Assembly: GCA_027923505.1 (NCBI GenBank)
Contig: BROI01000002.1
Location: 2,480,001-2,544,000, forward strand
Source: Mayamaea pseudoterrestris
Taxonomy: Eukaryota
Reading direction: 5' to 3'
DNA length: 64,000 nt
Made by a program: the position numbers and the translations under genes
In this document: positions 58,371 to 64,000 of the stretch, one piece after another
Layout: every line of letters begins with the position of its first letter
Numbering within the stretch: position 1 is the stretch's first letter
Notes under the pieces: generated by a model
Databases searched by the model: none
Seen by the model: the letters and a program-made list of their open reading frames with translations, nothing else
What the model was told of the DNA's origin: nothing

Positions 58371-58805
58371 GTGAAAATATCCCACTACCTAGTCTCAGCC
58401 TGCCAATGCCATGACATCTGGTTGGTAGCTGCAGTTACCTGGGACTTTATCAATTGAAGTGTTCCAGTTGGGCATGACTGTTGCTCTGCTACTCGTGGTG
58501 TAGGGCCAATCTCTATTGAGTATGGTTGGTACATAGCTGCATAGATTGGACCCCAACTATCGTACCGGTACGACTTTGTGTCTTCATCACGGTGCGACAT
58601 GACGTTCACACGAAAGAAGAAGCGCACGATCCCACACGCATGGCAGCTTCGCTTCCTTGGAAGTAAATAAGAGCGAGAGTTGCCCCAGTTAATGCACCTT
58701 TGATCACTGTCAATATAATGTAAGCACAGGACTTGGATAGGCACCACAATGTACTTTCTAGTTCCTAGCTCAGTGGCAACGAGCAACGAAACAAGGATAA
58801 AAATT

Positions 58806-59876
58806 ATGACTGAGCATGTCAGCAGCCTAATTGCCAGCAACAACTGGGATCAGCTCTATGAATTCATAGAATCAAACCCAATTACTGCCATAGGCGAGTT
58901 TCCGCCTTATTGCACACGCCTTCACCAGTTGTGTTCGATTGGCAGTGCGCCCGTCGCGCTGATCGATTTGGTCGCACGAATCGACCCATCTGCCATTATC
59001 CAAACAGAGCGAATGCATGGAGATACGTGCCTTCACATTATTGCAAGGAACAGTCAAATAAGCGCAACGAAATTGAAAAGTCTGCTTGGTCATTTAGAAG
59101 AGAAGAATCGAGATGGAATGTTAATTCGAAATATGTTAGGTGGAACGGCGCTTCACTCGGCCGCCAATCACAATGCTGTGCTTGAAGCCTTCCAGATCCT
59201 TGTTATCAGCAATGTACAAATAATCCGAATGACTACCTTGGATGGCACACATGCTATTTCGACTCTCTGGAACTCGTTCATCCAGACCATTCCTGGGACC
59301 ATGTTGGTGGCACGAATGTTGAAACAAGCTGAAGCTGTACATGATCCGTTATTTGAACGCTTTTGGAGCAAGGCTGAGTTCCTGGCGCTTGAGTATGTCC
59401 GATTTCTCGGTTTGACAGATGTCCAAAATATTTCTGACAGTGGTTCTTGCGTGCTTCATGGTCTTTTGAAATTGAACGCGGTGATCAAATTTTTCGAGGT
59501 GGCGTTGAAAAGGAATCGAGCGTTTGCTCTTGCTCGTGACGTCGAAGGAAATCTCCCAATTCATAGATTACTCGAATACCGTCCCTATCGTTTAAAGGAG
59601 CGCGATGCAATTCGGTCTTTGTTGGAAGCAGCTCCTGAAGCTGCAATGGTGATGAATGACTTCAATGACTGTCCTCTGCTGCTGGCAATACGCAATCGCA
59701 TTCCGTGGGAAAATGGAGTTGACATAGTAGCACAACAGGGCCGTGACGTCATTGCAATTAGGGAGGTCAAGACACGATTGCTACCGTTTCAGTATGCTGC
59801 TTTCATTGGAGGACGAGTTGCGGTGGAGACGACGTTCCAATTACTCATTATGCGACCAGATTTATTGAAATGCTAA
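58806..59876 (+). CDS. Ankyrin-repeat protein
   Basis: HGDTCLHIIA, GGTALHSAA, EGNLPIHRLL, CPLLLAI, TRLLPFQYAA; C-terminal TFQLLIMRPDLL. Confidence 0.85.
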   Translation: MTEHVSSLIASNNWDQLYEFIESNPITAIGEFPPYCTRLHQLCSIGSAPVALIDLVARIDPSAIIQTERMHGDTCLHIIARNSQISATKLKSLLGHLEEKNRDGMLIRNMLGGTALHSAANHNAVLEAFQILVISNVQIIRMTTLDGTHAISTLWNSFIQTIPGTMLVARMLKQAEAVHDPLFERFWSKAEFLALEYVRFLGLTDVQNISDSGSCVLHGLLKLNAVIKFFEVALKRNRAFALARDVEGNLPIHRLLEYRPYRLKERDAIRSLLEAAPEAAMVMNDFNDCPLLLAIRNRIPWENGVDIVAQQGRDVIAIREVKTRLLPFQYAAFIGGRVAVETTFQLLIMRPDLLKC

Positions 59877-60138
59877 GAGATAGTGTGACACAGGGAACAC
59901 GTTATATCGTATGAGTTCTTTAGCAAGTTTTAGTTGACAGAGCAGTACATCAGTAAACAAGGACGATGCCCATCAATTTTGCAAGTATCATTGCTTATCG
60001 TACGTCGCATCGTTACATTAAAGTCTGACCGTTACTGAAATGTGTTTCGTCGCCATTTTCCAACGCTTCGCTGCCATGTATCGATGTTGACCAACATCCT
60101 ATGTACTACTACACATTGATCATCCTATCGAGCTGAAT

Positions 60139-61152
60139 ATGGGAGACGCTATATCATCCCTTTTATTCCAGCCTCCGCCAGCGACCTATTTGCATCCATC
60201 ACGGCACTTTTGGCTCAACACAAGCAACGGCAATCGCATTCCTGCGTTTTTCATTGAACGACCGAACGCTACCGTCACAATTCTTTTTAGCCATGGCAAT
60301 GCGGAAGACTTGGGCATGATCTACGACTGGTTTAGTGACTTGGCACGGGTATTACGCGTGAATATTATGGCGTACGATTATAGCGGATACGGCAAGAGCT
60401 CGGGAAGTCCGTCGGAGGAAAATTGCTACTCGGATATTGAGGCAGCCTATAACTATTTAACAAATGTGCGGCATATTCGACCAGAGCAAATTGTTCTTTA
60501 TGGCCGATCGCTGGGCTCTGGGCCTTCATGTTATCTGGCGCAGAAGACCGTCCAGCAAGGTCGAGGTGTTGGAGGTCTAATTCTGCAATCCCCTTTACTA
60601 AGCGCCTACCGAGTGGCATTCAACTTCCGTTTTACAATGCTTGGAGACAAGTTTGCGAACGTTGATTATGCTCCGCATATAGCTTGCCCGGTGTTCATAG
60701 TTCATGGAACGCAGGACGAGGTCGTTCCGTTTTGGCACGGCGAGAACCTGTTCCTCGCTTTGCCACAGCAGTGGCGCGCTAAACCCTTGTAAGTACCACA
60801 TCGCAAAGTGCAGTTTGCGGTAATTTAAAGTCAATGTGTTGTTAACTAACATATCGACTTGATTGGTACATTTGCAGCTGGGTAATTGGTACGTTGGCTG
60901 CGGCGAACATGGGACGATTGCTCTGTATAGTTATACATTCACTCACTGTCGTTGTCTCGTTCCATTCTTCCAGGAGCCGGGCACAACAATATTGAAGCCA
61001 TGTTACGAGCGACTGGATTATTTGTGAGTAAGCTTGTGGAGTTTCTTGATCTACACATCCCTGCCAGGCGCGGCATCGTGTCAGTCCCTGAAGTGGTTCC
61101 TGAGTGTGTGCCTGGAGCGCTTCGCGATCTCGAGTCGGCTCGAGTCCGGTAG
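60139..61152 (+). CDS. ABHD17-like alpha/beta hydrolase (depalmitoylase family); introns 60789-60877 and 60889-60973 flank an 11-nt exon
   Basis: ILFSHGNAEDLG, YDYSGYG.S.G.PSE, YGRSLGSGP, IVHGTQDEVV; spliced KPFWVIGAGHNNIE supplies the catalytic His. Confidence 0.92.
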
Positions 61153-61287
61153 CTGCTGGTGTAATGTGTACTAATGGTTTTAAATCATACGTTTCTCCGT
61201 TAATACAATGAAAAGAGTTTAAGATGGACTATAACACTTTTAAACCAAATTAAACCAATGAACATCATAAAATCGCTTAATTGATTT

Positions 61288-62086
61288 TCATGGAAGCAGC
61301 ATTTCCAAGAATGCGAGGGCAGGATCGTTTGTTCGAGCTTCCGCTATATCCTCGTAGCGTACAGTGTGCCTTGCCTTGTTCTTGGCATTCTTGAAGCTTT
61401 GATTAGCAAGATTTTTGAGAAAGAGCTCGCTGGCATATGTCAGCATCCTAAGTGACCGCAGATAAGGTGGATACAGTGAGTAGAACGCATATAAAAGCGC
61501 ACGGATGATCAAGTACGTACACAGCAGCTTCATTTTGGACAATTGGCGTATCCGGATCCAGTTTCATCCTGTGTAAAAAAGCAACAGCGACATGATTTTT
61601 TCGCTTCGACTTCCAATTGCGAAACTAAATTACACACAATTCCACGTACGCTTTCTTAATGGTCCGAAAAGGAATGGATAACCCTGAAACAGATGGCGCT
61701 CGTCCTTTCTTGTTTCCGGACAAAGTTTGGGCAGCCTTGTTGGGTTTCGATTTTGGTGTCGTATCGACTTGATGGGAACGAGGGGTGCCTTCGACGTCGT
61801 CTTCGTCGTCGTCATCCTCCTCATCCAGATCTTCTTCTCCTCCTTGCGAAGAATCGTCGCCATTTGTCTTGACAGTGATATCGTCGTCTTCGTCCAAAGC
61901 TATGCTAGCATCATGAGCATCGTTATAGCTCCTTGTTTCGTCCACTTCGTCAACGTCATCATCTGCTTCATCTGCATCGTCGTCATGATCGATTCCTTCC
62001 ATCATTTCGTTCATGTCTCCTACGTCTGATGCATCAACATTTTCAGTCTCTACTCGCTCGTTGTCCTTTTTGCCTTCGAATGACAT
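61288..62086 (-). CDS. Histone-fold protein (CHRAC1/DPB3/NF-YC class) with long acidic N-terminus; introns 61569-61649 and 61448-61520
   Basis: Spliced product: IPFRTIKKAMKLDPDTPIVQNEAAVMLTYASELFLKNLA...RHTVRYEDIA......ALAFL. Confidence 0.87.
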
Positions 62087-62375
62087 TGGAAGTGGCTGGT
62101 CCCGTGGGCGATAGCAGTCATGTACCTGTATGTAGTGAAAGTCATGTGGGTTGTGGGTTGTGAGTTGTGAGACGCTGCCCTCTCCGCGCGGCGCGACAAG
62201 ATTGCGTCGCATCGTTAATCATTACTCGCACTGGCACTCGTTGATACGCAGCAACAACATCCGTTTTCTTGTTGTTCATTCGATTACTCCTACAACTTCA
62301 AGGCATGGCGGACGAGTGATTTACGAGACCCAACACATCATATCCTTCAACAGCAGCTCGTTAGCCAGTCACTCG

Positions 62376-63259
62376 ATGGGAGAAAAGGTTGTAAATGTGA
62401 GCATTGATGCCGTCAACGATGACAGTAGCAGCAGCTACGAACCAGAATACGAGGTCGAAACGGTCACTATCTCGACCGGCAAAATTAAGCTGCAAGTCCT
62501 CTCCGTGGTGCCACCTCCTTTGGAGTACATGTCTGCATTACATTCGCGTAAAGAAGAGATTAGTGGACGACAGGTGTGGGCGGGATCTTTGGTCCTAGCG
62601 AACGTTCTTTGTCAGGGTATGTACAAGGGAATGTTCGACGATAAGCAAATCCTTGAACTTGGCAGTGGCACAGGTAAGCCAACGCGCTGTGTGTTAAACG
62701 CCAATCTGTTCCACATGCAATTAAATTTGGTCACAATTTATAATCAGGCTTACTTGGCATGGCTATTGTCAAAGTTTCGCGCAATTGTCAAGTCACCTTG
62801 ACTGATGGTGATCCCTTGGCCATCGAATTGCTCCAACAAAATTTGCAAAACCCAGACAATGGGCTAGATCCTGCAGCTATACAATCTACGCTTTTGCTTT
62901 GGTCAGAAGCCATTAATCAGGGCCACGAGTTTTGTCGCTGGTGTCGCAAGACGTGGAGCAAGCCCGAGGCTGATGCCATTCGCTTTGATTACATTCTGGC
63001 TGGCGACGTCTTGTACAAGGATGCGCTTCCGTCCCTCTTCTTTGCGACGGTGCGATCACTATTGGCAGACAATGGAGTCTTGTTCCTTTGTCATGTTCCA
63101 AGAGCCAATGTCAATCATGAAGTAGTGCTGAAAGCTGCCATGGTCGCAGGTTTCTCATGCGAGGATGAAGGGTGCTTGGATCTTGCTGCTTTGGGAGAGG
63201 GAGAGTGCTCCATGGACGACCTGAATAGAGCGCGCGTATATAAAATGTCGCTACAGTGA
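62376..63259 (+). CDS. Family-16 (METTL21/EEF1AKMT-like) protein lysine methyltransferase; intron 62674-62747
   Basis: SGRQVWAGSLVLA, ILELGSGTG|LLG, VTLTDG, LLW, FDYILAGDVLY. Confidence 0.9.
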
Positions 63260-63703
63260 CATTTCAAACACTTCTCCATAAAAGGATGTTTTATTGATCT
63301 ACCATGCTTTTGTTGCTCCTTGGTCAACATGACGAAATTGTTTCAAGTGAAAAAGGCATAACGTGGGGTCAAGCTCAAGCCTGATAAGAAATTGTTGGTG
63401 ATGTAAAACCTGCAATCAAATCATGCTTACCTACCGGTTGATCATATTCTTTAGTAGGTGTACAGCACCGGCAGGGCGGGGGTTGCGACAACACTGATGT
63501 CCCCACAGTCGAGGCTGCCACGATCCATTTCAATTGCCAATAGGCAAAATCTTGGTTGTGGCGCATACAGTTGATGTATATATAGCGGTAGTCGTACCAA
63601 GACTGCAACAACGAAAGTGAAGAGGAACAGTAGCTCTTCTTTAAACCCGCTACGACATCAGTAATTTCATTTGTGAATGACGACGAGACGGACCAAATCC
63701 ACC

Positions 63704-64000
63704 ATGAGGATTCATTTCGTCATGGCATGCCTGTGGGCGGTGCGACTGAACGGACTACACCACTCTTCAGTTCTATTTTCCCCAGTAAGTGCTTTGGGTA
63801 TCACTGCTCGAAACAGAATGACTTCGACGAACGAAGATGTATCGGCAGGTCAAGCTGATATTGGTGCCGCGTCCTCGAGCTCGAGCAAACAAGATGTCGC
63901 GGTTGGAAACATGTCGTGGAGAAACATGCTTGAACGCTCCAGCAACCGATCGCGAAAGATTCGCGGGAGCAACTATGTGCAAATTGCCACAGTCGACCCC
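63704..64000 (+). CDS. 5' part of a pyridoxamine 5'-phosphate oxidase-related FMN-binding protein with N-terminal targeting peptide (runs off the window)
   Basis: Not in the ORF track because it has no stop. My translation: MRIHFVMACLWAVRLNG...SWRNMLERSSNRSRKIRGSNYVQIATVDP; W...L......YVQIATV resembles the start of PPOX-like split-barrel proteins. Confidence 0.7.
   Translation, partial: MRIHFVMACLWAVRLNGLHHSSVLFSPVSALGITARNRMTSTNEDVSAGQADIGAASSSSSKQDVAVGNMSWRNMLERSSNRSRKIRGSNYVQIATVDP

Noticed and set aside
54197..58414. Many 60-110 aa ORFs inside the arrays as repeat-protein genes
   Set aside because: Monomer lengths and indels do not preserve frame, stops occur on both strands, and no recognisable domain is present.
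63773..63982. Minus-strand 69-aa ORF at the window end
   Set aside because: Antisense to a better-supported plus-strand frame starting at 63704.

Overview
Eukaryotic nuclear DNA, very gene-dense, with short GT-AG introns (mostly 70-140 nt) and proteins of diatom/stramenopile type; the taxon is my inference from gene content and intron style. About 35 protein-coding loci are recognisable. They include RAD23, ATG12, a PWI/SRRM1-like protein, prefoldin 3, RAD9, a GT14 glycosyltransferase, cyclophilin, a RAD7-like LRR protein, SRR1, a UBZ plus tandem-AlkB dioxygenase, a DAGK-like kinase, REV1, PP2A catalytic subunit, a TRM11-like methylase, PCD, SLC25A39/40, RPN6, a nitronate monooxygenase, a RING E3, an organelle-targeted topoisomerase II, PGAM5, a TBC-rhodanese protein, ataxin-3/UBX, TYW2, an SF1 helicase, ABHD17, a histone-fold protein and a METTL21-like methylase. 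One tRNA-Thr(CGT) is present. The most striking non-genic structures are two satellite-like tandem arrays between housekeeping genes: ~175-bp units at ~15.96-18.0 kb and ~320-356-bp units at ~54.65-58.24 kb, the second bracketed by direct repeats. Both show higher-order structure and copy-to-copy differences dominated by CpG->TpG/CpA changes, and they may share short motifs. Also notable: several frameshifted loci, an 11-nt microexon, recurrent intergenic TACCGGT motifs and a local concentration of DNA-repair genes. All splice models were read by eye; no database search was run.
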